Shown piece by piece: positions 50,844 through 63,250 of a stretch of 64,000 nt of DNA. A program made the position numbers and the translations under genes. The notes below the pieces were generated by a model that had not been told where the DNA came from, did no database searches, and saw nothing but the letters and a program-made list of their open reading frames with translations. The DNA comes from Tubiluchus corallicola (taxonomy: Eukaryota; Animalia; Priapulida), in the NCBI GenBank assembly GCA_030141605.1, contig JAQGDQ010000531.1:1-64000 (forward strand). The letters run 5' to 3'. How positions within the stretch are numbered: the first letter of the stretch is position 1; each line of letters begins with the position of its first letter.

Positions 50844-53800
50844 GTAAAACTGAAATCATAGATCTTTATGTAGATTCTTGAGCAATGCAATGCTTACAAT
50901 AATTTGGCTGAATTGTATCTGATGAGGTGACTTGCAGTGAGACGAGGCGAAACGAGACATAAAGCTTCATCGAGCTGTTTTGTGCAGCCGTCTTTATATC
51001 TTTCAAGGCCAAATATGTTCAATATTCTCTGTCCCATGCATCCAACTCGCCCTGTGTCAGATTTCATTCTCGTCTTGCAAGATCAGAGTCCTTATGTAGT
51101 ACTTCCATATTAGTAGCTCAATAGTACTGTTAGTGCACTTTTACAAATCTAATAACAATAGAATGTGTTGATGAATTATAAAACTTAAATAAAGTTATAA
51201 TTAAATTAATCTGTGATATTCAATAATGTGCTTGCTGAAGATTATGTTCAAAGTGTGGAAAGTTGATTTGGGTCAGCAAAAACGTTTTATCAGCTTTCCA
51301 TTAAATCCAATTTCCAAAGCAAATTTCAAGTTTATATAAAACCACGAAATATTGAAAGAATATATCCAAAATTCAGCAGTAACAACTTTACTGATTTGGT
51401 TAAAAATTGATATGATATAACACGACATGACATGACACGACATGTATTTATTTTTACTTGAGTGATTTATTGCAACATTTCCATAAAAAACTAAGTGAGT
51501 TCATTAAACCCGAGATGCTAATTAAAATAGGAAGTATATGTTTGGGAAAAACGGGCATGTAAACGCTACGTAGTTCCAACAATGCTCTTTTTCTGCAAAA
51601 TGTTACGTGCCAATGGCTTTAAGACAGTTGAGAAATCAGCTTTCGCATCACCTTTAGTAGAGGAACAATTTCGCTTTAATATATGTAACACTTTCGCCAG
51701 AACAAAGATTTGAAAGCTGTTGATTGCTTCAGGACACTAAAATAATCTAGCTTGGGCTACCCTGTTCAGCCTGTCATCAATCTTTGTAAGGGGACAAAAG
51801 GTGGCCAATGTGGGCCAAATTTAAAAAATTCACGAATACTAATGTAATGCATATCAAATTACTCGTCTTGTCACACTGAATAAAAATAATTATACAGTTT
51901 TACCTATCTTTAGACTTTCGTTATGTCACTATTACTGCAAATTCTATAACGTCGATGCACTTACAGTCCTTAATCAAATTTACCCAAAATGTACAGGTAG
52001 AGTCAATTTTTCACTAAAAAGTTGCAAGAAAACGTTTTATGGTGTTTTTTGGTATTTGGTCCAGAAAAAACATACCTAAAATAGGCTAAAATTTGAGCAC
52101 TAGAAAGGGTCTAATTATGACGTCAAAGAAGATGGTCACCAAAGTGAATATGTCTTTAGTCAACGAGAATTGTGAAAAAATATAAAAATGTAAAACAGTT
52201 GGAATTAAGCACCGATTCCTGCCCTAAACTTTGTCATCACCATTTGACTCAGATTTATTACTGAACTGGCAATGAAATCACACTGGATTTTGTTCTCTAG
52301 ATCATTGAAAGAATGTCAAAAACTTGCTAAATCTTGTTACAGAAATAAACTTGTCCAACATTGCATTTCATGACAATCTTTTCCTTGTGGACAAATTTCC
52401 TTTATTTATCAACTGCCGCAGGCATGCTTGATGCGTTGGTTTTGTCATACTAAAGCGCAACAAAACGTTCAAAACAAAGCACAAACGTGGCACAAGTCAA
52501 TACCTTAGTTCTGGGAATAATGCCCAGAGATACCAAATTCTTCTGTTACTTCTTCAACACTTACCATGTAGACTATGCAATCTTTTTCCTCTTCATGCAA
52601 CATCTGAAATCGAGTCACTACCAGCTATACCGGACAAAACTGATGCTTTTCATTGCCTATGGCATTTGCATTTTCATAAAAAGCAATATACCTATTAACC
52701 CTGAAAATCTATGTTTAGGCACTAAGGTAGTTATACTATCTACTCTGACAGCCGATATATAGCCCTTATAAGATAGCAATGGCCAAATTGTCGGCCATCT
52801 TTAAAATTGTGGCCATATTGGAGATTTTTGATTGACTTCACAACCAACACTAATCACCTTAATGAATTATTGTGCTGTGCAACATTTCATGGTTTTGAGT
52901 CAAAATGAACATTTTTTCACAATTTTAGTGAGGTTAAAGACCCATTAATTTTGGCCAAATGGTGGCCTTCTTTTTGACGTCATAAATAGACCCTTTTTGG
53001 TGCTCATATATACTGATATAGACATATAGTAAGGAATGAGAATTATTTCTCGTTTGAGTAATGATGATGAACTAATTTTAACTGTTCATTTATTTGCTTG
53101 ATGACTCGATGAAGGAAACGCTAACAGGTGTTTAATAGCTCAGGTGCTCGATAGCTCAATTGACAAAACAGTTCAGTGTTAAAATCGAACTAACATAGTA
53201 GAAAAGTAGTCGAAATCAAAAGTAGTCAAAATGTTGTTTGCACCCGGTAAGGCCAAAATGTAAAATCAGGGTAGCCACATTTGGTGATCATTTAGATGTA
53301 GAGGCCTTGTGGCATAAAACTCACGCCAGAGAGCATCGCTTAAACGTGGCTCGGGAACGCCTGCCAAAAGTTCTTGAGTGGGTGGGCTTTCGTCTATATG
53401 TCGTTAGGCTCCATCTGCGCCATGAGCGTAGGGCTAGAATGATCGGCGGAAACCGAAATTTAGGCATCGGGATTAGAAATCTCTGATGTGTCAAAGGACA
53501 ATAGCTTGTACTATATAAAACCAAAAATGTCAATGTACTGAATGAAATTTTATGCTAAGACTGGCCGCTTACCTAACTAGAGACAAAACATGGGTTAGGG
53601 AGACAAGCGCTTCCAGTGTCCAGGGAAACTAGCTTGTAGTTCGCCAATTGAAAGGTATCGATGGGGCGAATTGAACAGTATAAGTTGACAGGAATTTGGT
53701 TGGTCTTTGACCCACGAGTTAGTGCTCGAAAAGTTACAGGTTAATATTTTATAACGAAATGCAACTTTTAGGTAATCAAGCAACGGATGTTCAATAAAAT

Positions 53801-56596
53801 CAAAATTATGAGCTTTAAGCAACCGCCTAACGTCATTTCAAGGTTCAATTCTGTAATAAATATTTACGAAATCTTCAGTTTCTGATCACATCACAAATTT
53901 TGTCAACTAGTTTCACATACTTTAGAAAATATGCCGACTGTGCCATTTGATACCTTGTTATGACGGGTGGAAAAGCATCAGGGTAACAAACGAACTTGCA
54001 GGTATCTGTAAAACAAAGTGGATTCCACCCGGCTGGGAGCCTGTGTACATAGGTATGAAAAGTTACTGTGTATTTCTTATATTGCATACTTGTATTTATT
54101 AAACAGGGCTCAATGAAAATCCATCTTAACTTTAGCTACTCGATTCTCTTACAATTTTTTTCCACTAACGTAATGGAAAGCAGTTACCAACGACAGTATA
54201 TCATCTGGAATTAACCAGGGCGAAATAACAGAATAACTATTCTAAAAAGCTAAAACTGAACTTTATAAGCTCGCCTTGCACCTACAATGAGATCGCAAAA
54301 TTGCATACTTATCGGAAATCCAACAAAAATCTGTAAATTGATGATGTAGACAATTGCGCATTGTGCAGTACTTTCGAATTTTAAAGTGCAGTAAAGCTAA
54401 GTAAACATGTTTTTGCTAACTGATCCGATAGCCAAGTTTCGCGAAAAAACTTAACCTTTATTCTTTCGCACGTTTATCCCAGTTGACTGTTTATGCAACA
54501 TTAGCTAATTTTGTCCTTATAAATAAAAGGATTGGTTGTCTGGTTTTCATGATAGGACCAGGTTCCTATACAGGAACATCGAAATACTTTGCACAACAAG
54601 TTTTGTGCAACATCAAAAACCAAGTTCTCTTCTTTTGATGCAGTAGTCATGTATCATATAGCATGTTTTACTCATGTATTTAGATTGCAAAAGAATATTC
54701 ATTATTTTTGAAACTCCCATTCAATGTGTATGTCTATCTAGCTCGTGTAGTTGGGATTGTCTTGCCCATGTCACCGTTAAATCTTACGCAACACTTTCTG
54801 CACTCGCTGTATGTGTTGCTTTGACCATCGTAGATAAGATGTGACTTCATGGCAAAGGCAGGCTTTTCAGCATCGTAAAATCTCCTACTACTTGCACGAC
54901 ATGTTTATAGAATTGGTAAATACAGGCCAGTGGCACTCCTTTCGTCTAATTTCTGGTCAGCATGATGACAACAGACAAACACAAGGATCACCACCTCCAA
55001 TTTCTTGATTTTCCCACTTGAATAGACATTTCTACAAGAGTCTGATGCGATTCTCTAATTTTACTCATTCTTTAAACTTTATTGGGTAATCAAATACTAC
55101 ATTGATTGCTTTACTCCATTTTGTTTGAGTTCTGGTCCGTTTAACTCTTTGCTGATCATTGCATTTTTCATCAGATGACTCGGCTCACTCTCTTTTACTT
55201 CTATCTACCATGCTGGTTCAAAACCTTGCTCTGAGTCATCTTGAACATCACCTGTATTACCTTCCTGGTTTATGTTGTCTCCAGCCTCAGATGACAAAAC
55301 GGTAATATTGTGTTGGTTGTGTTTATCTTCAGCAATTTCAATGGCTTCATGCAATGTGGTGACACATGTTCGTTTATCGCCATAAAACATACTCGCATCC
55401 ATGATAAAGGATAAGCAACACCTGCAGCAGCGTCAAGCCCAATTATCACTATCAACAAATTAGACAACCCGATTTACTGCATGCTGTAAAGAACGAAACT
55501 GAAACCTTTGCTTCCCAACCATTGTTGGTATAATTGAAAAGTCACAAAGAATAATAGATGTCCCGTACAGGAACATCACATATAGGGGCTGAAATTTGCA
55601 AACTAAACAAACAACTAGAATTGAGTTACACGACATGTAATGATCAGGTAAAGGTATCAGCAACAGAATAAACAGATATCATAGGGCTTTTACTTTTCAA
55701 TGCGATTCTGTAATTTAACGCCTCTTCTGAAGCGTGTCGTCTTACTACTTATCAAAAACTGATGGCCAAGGAAAAATTAGCTTCAAAACTTTCAAAAATT
55801 GCTAATAAAATGCTGATATGTTTAACTAATTACAAGTGTTATTATTATTATCAACAAAGACAACTTTAAGATGGACTTTAGACAGCAACAAACTTTTGCT
55901 ATTATATAGGAATGTTGGTAAGATAAAGGTTAATTAAACGCAACACTAAAACAGCGACATTTTGCTAGACGTTCGTCAGCGCGTTTTCGCTGTCCTTACG
56001 TCATTTTTTCAAGTAGCAACGAGGTTCGTTTGGGGGAGATCAGAATGATTAAATGTCCTTTGCATTTTTAAGCAAGGCATTTTATATATCTATATTGTGA
56101 GGTAATTTCAATATTTTTAATAATTTGCTCATTAAAACTGAGTGAATGTTGTTCGAGGGTATGTTTTTCCTTTAATTTTTTTCATACTTGTGTCATCGAC
56201 AGTAAACATTAAAAACTTGTCTCATTTAGAAACATATAAAGAAGTCAAATACAATTGCCAACTATTTCAAAACACTTCATTATTGCTACAGACTAAATGT
56301 TGTTTCTTTTTACTGCAGGAAACAACAAAGAGCCAATGCACGATGAAAGATTTCGAGGAAGAGGATTTAACAAAATTCAACAAACTTTTGAGATGTGTTT
56401 ACTGGATTACAGTTTTCATGTTTTAGACAATACGTTTCTTGTGCATGAAGGAATAGCAGGCAAGGACAAAATATGTAAGGAAAAAGACTGCAGACTTTCA
56501 CTTGTAAACGCAAGACTCTACAACACATTTCTGCAAGAAACCAAAATACGTTGTGCAAATAAAACATATTTATTTGAAAAATGTAAGACAAAATAA
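49938..56596 (+). CDS. B4GAT1: Beta-1,4-glucuronyltransferase 1-like (B4GAT1/B3GNT1, GT49); 3 coding exons, 1311 nt, 436 aa
   Basis: Exons 49938-50843, 53926-54052, 56319-56596 join in frame through GT-AG introns (phases 0,1); N-terminal TM; SIATQ, GPISAALYVP, YPVNVGRNTAR, LLMDVELKP, VYVLPVFE, PNTKTEL, CRLCH, WEPVYIG, DERF, NKIQQTFEMCL, FLVHEG. Confidence 0.9.
52094..53006. mobile_element. Non-autonomous TIR DNA element (~45-bp imperfect TIRs) in B4GAT1-like intron 1
   Basis: tgagcactagaaagggtctaattatgacgtcaaagaagatggtcacc mirrors ggtggccttctttttgacgtcataaatagaccctttttggtgctca. Confidence 0.7.
53926..54052 (+). CDS. B4GAT1: B4GAT1-like exon 2 (not in ORF track)
   Basis: catactttag|KICRLCHLIPCYDGWKSIRVTNELAGICKTKWIPPGWEPVYI(G)|gtatga; 127 nt. 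Confidence 0.9.
54550..55590 (-). mobile_element. Decayed, internally deleted piggyBac-like transposon
   Basis: Minus-strand NQEIGGGDPCVCLLSSC*PEIRRKECHWPVFTNSINM resembles N..MGGVD..D....Y....R.KKW.WP.F; acidic N-terminal ORF 55205..55402; subterminal motif cc.tacaggaacatc at both ends. Confidence 0.6.
56319..56596 (+). CDS. B4GAT1: B4GAT1-like exon 3 (last coding exon)
   Basis: tttttactgcag|(G)NNKEPMHDERFRGRGFNKIQQTFEMCLLDYSFHVLDNTFLVHEG...stop. Confidence 0.92.
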
Positions 56597-57949
56597 AAAC
56601 TTAGCAAAGTTTTTAAAATGGCACCATTTTCTAAAAATTAGGAATATTAATTGATCGCATATTTAACCATAAAACCAGCATTAAACCATCGAGCATACTA
56701 TTAACGTAACACCTAATCAATGGTGCCCTAGTTAAAGTCTAAGTTCAAGTCCTAGTCCACCACTCAAGAATTCAAATCCAAATCTAAGTACTGCACAATT
56801 ACTTACAAAAAAATAACAATAGTGATTTTTATATGGCACCTGGGTCAGTAGATGTAGAAGATTTTCAAGTTTGTGAATTATCCCTGGAAGCTGGAAACAT
56901 AGTCAGCATTTGGCCGATTTCCGTTCAACAAAATTTAGAAATGCAAGCCTGTGTGGTGAAATTTTTCGATTTATACAGCCTTTAAAAAATCACTGTTTGC
57001 AGATATGCAATATTATGTAAACTTTGACTTTTCTTTTCTGCAGATCACTGAACTAAAACATGAGATCATTTTCATAAATATAATTATGTTATTTTAATAA
57101 AGTTACTTTTATTTAGATTTAGACAATGAGTTTTTAATGTGCTTATGTAGCAAAATTGGTGAAATTGTTTGTGCCCAATAAGGATGAGTTTACAACAAGC
57201 AGGAAGTGCATAAAAATGCGTGCAAAAAACATAGAAAACCTTGGTAATTTACTCAGAATATTAAGTCACTGACGCGTAAGCTATTTCTTCACCGGAATTG
57301 CCAACATTCAGCATTTTTTATCAAAAAGACTGTCATCTTAAGAAGTTTTAAGAACATCCATAGTTTGTTTGATGGTGATTATTGATAATAACAAGCAATA
57401 AACCAGAATTACTTTTCAGACGTGAATCGTGAATCATTGAAGAACATAATAAGTTATTTTACGCCAACTCTTTGTGTTTGAGGCGTGTGATTTATCTGAA
57501 GCGATTTGCAACACGCAGTTTAAACATTTGTAAATCCTTCAGAGAACTTTAAACCTTACGAAAGGAATAGATCATTTAATCTTTCAGGTAGATAAATTGC
57601 TCTAACGATTACGAATCTTTTTACACATTTACGTAATAAAAGAACTCACAGTTATTAAAAAATGCATATTTTGTCTTAATGTTTGTTGAAATTTTAATAA
57701 TTTTATTAAAATTCTATACTGGGCGCTAGAAAAACATTCGACAATTTCCGTGCGTTACTACCACAACATTTAGTGTTGCCTGCCTAAAATCACAGCTATT
57801 TAAATGTCGCATGTGTATAGTACTATACTGTAAAACTGTACAGTATATTTACCTATTGCACTGTGTTGAAATTACCGTACCAGTTGATTTATTACTCCTG
57901 CAGTTATTTTTCTTAATTTTTCACGTGTGATACATGCGTCAGCAAAATT

Positions 57950-58190
57950 TCATCACTAAACAAAGATATAAATTCCGCTATTTACATCTACAAAACCAAA
58001 CATAAACTACTTCTTTTTAAACCCAATATCTATTAACGTAAGACATTACTCAACAAGATCTAATGAATTTCTTTATTTTAGTACTGCAAGACTGATGTGG
58101 GAAGGCACTTCACCACTAACACTGGCCCTAGATTTTGGAATAACATCAACAGATACACAAAAAATTGTTTTATATGTCGATTTTTATATT
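57950..58190 (+). mobile_element. 3' end fragment of a CR1-like LINE
   Basis: IPLFTSTK...RHYSTRS...GPRFWNNI resembles the CR1 ORF2 C-terminus. Confidence 0.5.
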
Positions 58191-58907
58191 TCTATAGTTC
58201 ACGTTACCTTATACAGATACCATCACCTATTTCTCTTTCTTTCTATTCTCTATTAATCTTCCACAATCCTGTTGATGTAACTCGGTATAAGCTCTGCGCA
58301 CAAAAATGACAAGGTTCCGAAATTTAGTTTGTTTGACATAATTTGGGACAAGAACAGCAGCAGCAGATACAGCAACAGCCATAGAAACAGCAATGACAAC
58401 AGCAACAACAACAGCGACAGCAGCAGCAACAACAACAATAACAACAACAGCAATGACAACAATACCAAGAACTCTTCGCATTTCAACTTGATGTATTACA
58501 ACTTGTTTTCACTTGAAGATAATAACTAGATTCGTGTCTAGCGGTAATCAGTTCCCTGTAAATAAAATAAATATTTTTATTTAAAAATACACTAAATTCA
58601 AGTTAGTATGATTAAGTTAGTGAAATTATTACAGCATGTAATAATAATTACGGCAGTTACTAATCTTGAAATTCACAACACTTAGGCTCCGATTGTAAAG
58701 ATTTTAGGATTCCTTATATGAAACCTCTGCACATTCATGCATAAAAAAATAAAATTGGCGTTATTTTTTCAGTAAATTTAACATATTGAATTTCTAAGAG
58801 ATATTATAAACTGCTAAACCATAAACTGTTAAAAGTTACCGCTTATCTAGCTGACGAATCCATACGTGTTAACTGTTTGGGTGACTAAACTAGTCATAAA
58901 AATGTCA

Positions 58908-60095
58908 TTAAACCTTTTGTTGCAGAGAAAACTGCAGTAAAAAGATCAAAATCATGGTTTTTGCTCTTCTGATGCAGTTGGCTTTGTTCAGCCACCATTT
59001 CACTAAATCTGGGTGATAAGTTACATTGGACGAATCAGTGTTCGGTCTACCACAAAAGTCACAGTTGGCGCTGTGATCTTCCATATTAAGGTTGTTTTTC
59101 CAATCAAAATAGTCTCTGTATAAATGGTCATGTGAATTCAGATAATGCAAGTAGTCGGTCAGATCTTTTGGCGATGTGAAGTCATTCACATTTATAACAT
59201 AGTGTCGTGGTGTTATGTGTATAGTTTAAACCACCCATCACAATTGGCACTATGTTGAATCGTAGCATAATCGAATTTTCAAAAGGTAAGTAAACTTGTA
59301 TTTTTCTCCCGCCATTCGAAAGCAATTTTTATTACGTATTTGCAATTATATTACCATACTAATGTGTTTTCTATGTTCCTTCACGTACATCTCTCGTAGG
59401 GTTGGTGTATGGCAATTGCTGACAAACCAAGCAACAAGTTTACCACGCAAGATTTGCCTTCTTTTTGCCACGTCTGTTAAGCCATCTGTGTTATTTTTGG
59501 ACGGAGCCAGCCATGTCTGACCACAAAATCTGAATCGAACCTGTACGTGGAACATTCCCCGTATTGATATTAAAAGTTTAGCACCATTAGGTCCCAAATG
59601 AACAGGTGATTCACAAATGTAAAAAAACTATTTCTACCCCGATAGACTGACACTCGGAATGGGCTCGAAAGGGCTTCAAAAGTGGACTATTACAGCATCA
59701 GCCTTGTCCAACAATGTTTTATTATTGGTGGTTACACAATATTATACTGGTAGTTTTTTTATACATTGTCTCGCTAAACCAAAATTGAAATTCACGGACT
59801 GAAAAAATTTGTTCCAGAATAGTATGATTTTCTGCTTTGCTGATTTTACCCTGCTAATTTTCGAGTATTCGAGTTTTCCCTATGTTTTTATATGTGGACT
59901 AAACAAAGCGTGTTTCATTATTGTACTTTACCGGAATTACCCGTATAATCTACCCGTATAATATGTGCTTAATCGGCCCGGAATTACTGGAACAGTTATT
60001 TGGTGAAACTTGTTTTGCAGTTTTAACATTGCCATAATAACAATCAGTGTTGTAGAAACGAAACCTGTGTTTCCGCTAAAATTAAATTTCAACAT
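58908..60095 (-). pseudogene. Intronless alpha-1,3-fucosyltransferase (GT10) pseudogene
   Basis: KIILFWN, CVTTNNKTLLDKADAVIVHF, CESPVH, YRFDSDF, KLVAWFVSNC, REMYVKE, YKF-/LPFENS (frameshift), VPIVMGG, INVNDFTSPKDLTDYLHYL, LYRDYFDWK; stops, frameshifts, and the DYxTEK part of the GT10 motif deleted. Confidence 0.9.
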
Positions 60096-60489
60096 TCTCC
60101 AAAATAACTGCCTGTTCAGAGACTTAAGTATTTTCTTTACTCTGGAAGTATTCACGCAGAATTACAATTTAAAGTTGTAACTTCACTATTCACTTCACTA
60201 TTATCGTGCAAGCACTAACACTTCTCTATTCGCAGTACAGTTATCTATCGGTATAGTTATTATTTTAGTGTAGTATAGATATAGGTATAGTAAACGTAGG
60301 TCATCAATTAGGAATTCCATAATTGTCATGTTAAAGCTACTTCGACATGCGTTCTTTGACAGTAATTGGAACTGTGCCAGCTGAATAACTTGCCCAGCAT
60401 GTCGAATTTCCACGAACTTTTTAGCATTTCTTTCATTTGTCAAGTTCTGCTAAAAAAATGTCACAAATCATTTTTAAATTATTTTAAAG

Positions 60490-61086
60490 GTACTACAGAA
60501 CTGTTTTACGGGAACCCATGCAACGGTTTCTCAGTGAGTATGCAAACGAAGCTCGGGCTGCTACTTGGTGAGGATTACTGCATAAATGCAAGGGACGTCG
60601 ACCCACGCTTAGCGAACTTCTAGTGTGTTGGAAAGGGTCTTCATGGAAAGGAGTCATTTCAGACGAGATTCTAAGCTGTGAATCAAATCTAGCTCAAAAT
60701 CGGCAAACTTGAATGCTCAGTGATTTGACTCTAGTGGGCTGTTATGATAAATTCTTCACAAAGAAGACAGAGATATGATTATGCTACAAAGTGCTAAATA
60801 CAATCTTGAAAATTTTCCTTATTTTGGATTGGCAGAATAACAATTGAAGTCACAATGTCTGTTTGAAAAAAACATTTAATATAAGCTTCAAAAGGGCTTT
60901 TGACCAGGTCGAAGCAAGCGACATATTACGCAACTCTGAATAACATGCAAACAGAACGAGTCAAACAACAAAATAAACTTGATATTCAGTTATATGAATT
61001 TGCAAAACAGCTGTTTATAAAAAGAATTAAAAGCACCTGCTTGGTGACATGCAAAACTGTCTGTAATTCTATAAAAAATTTTAAAT
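60490..61086 (+). pseudogene. HS6ST1: Heparan-sulfate 6-O-sulfotransferase pseudogene (C-terminal catalytic exon)
   Basis: YYRTVLREPMQRFLSEYANEARAATW*GLLHKCKGRRPTLSELLVC...SCESNLAQNRQT*MLSDLTLVGCY, MLQSAKYNL..FPYFGLAE*Q.KSQCLFEK, NKLDIQLYEFAKQLF follow HS6ST collinearly; stops at 60569, 60710, 60838 plus frameshifts. Confidence 0.92.
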
Positions 61087-61134
61087 AAAAGTGTGTTACG
61101 TGTTATTCTCTGAATATAGATACTCTAACACCCG

Positions 61135-61550
61135 GCATTGCAGTTTTCTGATAATTTGAGTCGTTTTCGTTGTTTTACCAGATTGCCAAATGTTTGAGTC
61201 AGAGATCAATAACAACCCAGAGCTTGACAAGATCCAGAAGTTTCAATATCTGAAAGGGAAGTTGACTAGAGCAGTTTCGTAGACTATAGAAGGATGCGCT
61301 GATACTGCAAGCATTTTTTCTATCCTGATTTTCTCCGTAAAGAAACGTTTTGGTAACAAGCAAATTATTTATGATCTCTATTTAAAAGAACTATAACTGT
61401 GCTTTGTAAAGCTACTGGAACTTTTTTTACAATTATGCAAGTTTTTTGATAATACGGAGTCCCACTTTTGCAGTTTTGAAAGAGCTAGTCAAATATTTGA
61501 TTTACGTATTTTAATACGATCTGTTGTCAAAGTTTCCGTGATCTGTTGTC
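61135..61550 (+). mobile_element. BEL/Pao gag (DUF1759-type) remnant
   Basis: QMFESEINNNPELDKIQKFQYLKGKL...IEG...KKRFGNKQII. Confidence 0.8.
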
Positions 61551-63250
61551 TGTGCTCCACATGTTAATTTTAATTTTCCAAAACTATCGATGAGTTGTTT
61601 GTAAAGTTACGGAAACACGTCGCCTCCAAGAAAGTGATTTTTGAGAAGTGTTGTACCCGCAGCCCAAGGCACAGCCTCGCAGCACAGGAAGCATGAGGGC
61701 CTGTAGGTAGCAGTAGAGTTTGCCCTGCTTTTCTACATATAAATTTACAATTGTTCATTACAACTACACCCTTTCCATTTCATATTGAGCCACAGTCAAG
61801 TAAAATCAAGCCAAATCAAACTGAGCCATAGGCATGTCAAGTTGAGCTATAGGCAAGTCAAGTTAAGTTATAATCAAGTGAAAACAATGATTTTCCAATC
61901 ACGTTGGCAGAAAATGCAATCATTCATCGAGATCTGCTGCTTGTTTGCTTATTTGTTTGTTGCTAATCATTCGTTCACTCACTCATGCTTCCGAAATAAA
62001 AAGTCGAACCTTTAAGATAAATGTTTCAAATGAATGAATTTTAGACCTATAAAGATATAAAGTTAAATCTATAAAGTGAAAGTAAGTGTTATGGCCTTGG
62101 AATACCATATTCGGTAAAACTCGGTGCGACATGTACAGTTCAATGTAAAGATTGCTTTATTTAACAGAAAGTTAATAAAAAAATTAAAGTTAAAGCTTTG
62201 TTCTAGTAATAAAAAACGATCAAATTATGCTGAATCATTAAAGCTTCAAAAAACATAACCAACTATTAATTAGGCTAATTATAAATCAAAAATAATTTCA
62301 TTGTCACATTTAATTGCAGATCATAAAAACGATGTTATAAAACGATCATAAAAGCAATGTCACGGATTCCGTGAATGGGTTCAACTCTGCCGCTATCTAA
62401 TATCGTTTCGTTTCTGATATCGGAGCGTTTCTAATATCGCTAACTAGTTTATTCCAGTTCCTTGCAGACTGCGCAAACCTACTTGGAAACGCTCAGGCTA
62501 TAATTTTGCATAAGGTTAACCTTAAATCATTTATAATTTGGGTCTTCAAACTAAAGTTGTAAATTTTATCGTCACCTCTGTACAGTGACCATTTGACGTT
62601 TGCGATCTGGTAAGCAACGCCTTATGATTCGCCTTGCCTCGTTAGGTTAATTTTTCCGTTTTTTAAATAGTTATGTGCTAGTTTGAATGCGTTATATGCA
62701 CAATGATTAAATACTCATAGAGTGAACGTAAAATTAGTGCATTGGGCATCGTGCTTAATTTGATAGTTATGCGATTATCCTTGCTTTAATTATGCGTTTG
62801 ACTGTCTATCTGTGCATTGCCTAGTGTGACATATTTAATTTAAAATGTGCTGAAATAACAAGTAATAAAGTATAAAAAGAAGTTTTACAAGTTCGTGACA
62901 TAGTGCCGAAGAGCACTGTACCGATTTCAAGTTCGAGACAATTACGTTCTCTTAACTACTAGTGAAACTGGCCTGAGTTGTCGTACGAGAGGTGTCGTAA
63001 GCTTTGTACCTGAATATAGGACAAACTAATAATTATGCACCACTCCCGGCACTTTCCTTGAGCCATTTGATCGTTGGAATACGGATATCGAGCCACAGTC
63101 ATTAATGTGCGAGCGTTGAACGCCAAATTCCGCTCGGTCTTGGACAAATTACGTTCAGTTCTCTGAGAAAAATAGGAAAAGAATTCAACGTGTTTACACC
63201 AAAAAACAATTTTGCTTTTTTTCTGAAAGGTAATATTTTACAAAACAAAA

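Noticed and set aside
53875-54087. 70-aa minus-strand ORF
   Set aside because: Antisense shadow of B4GAT1-like exon 2
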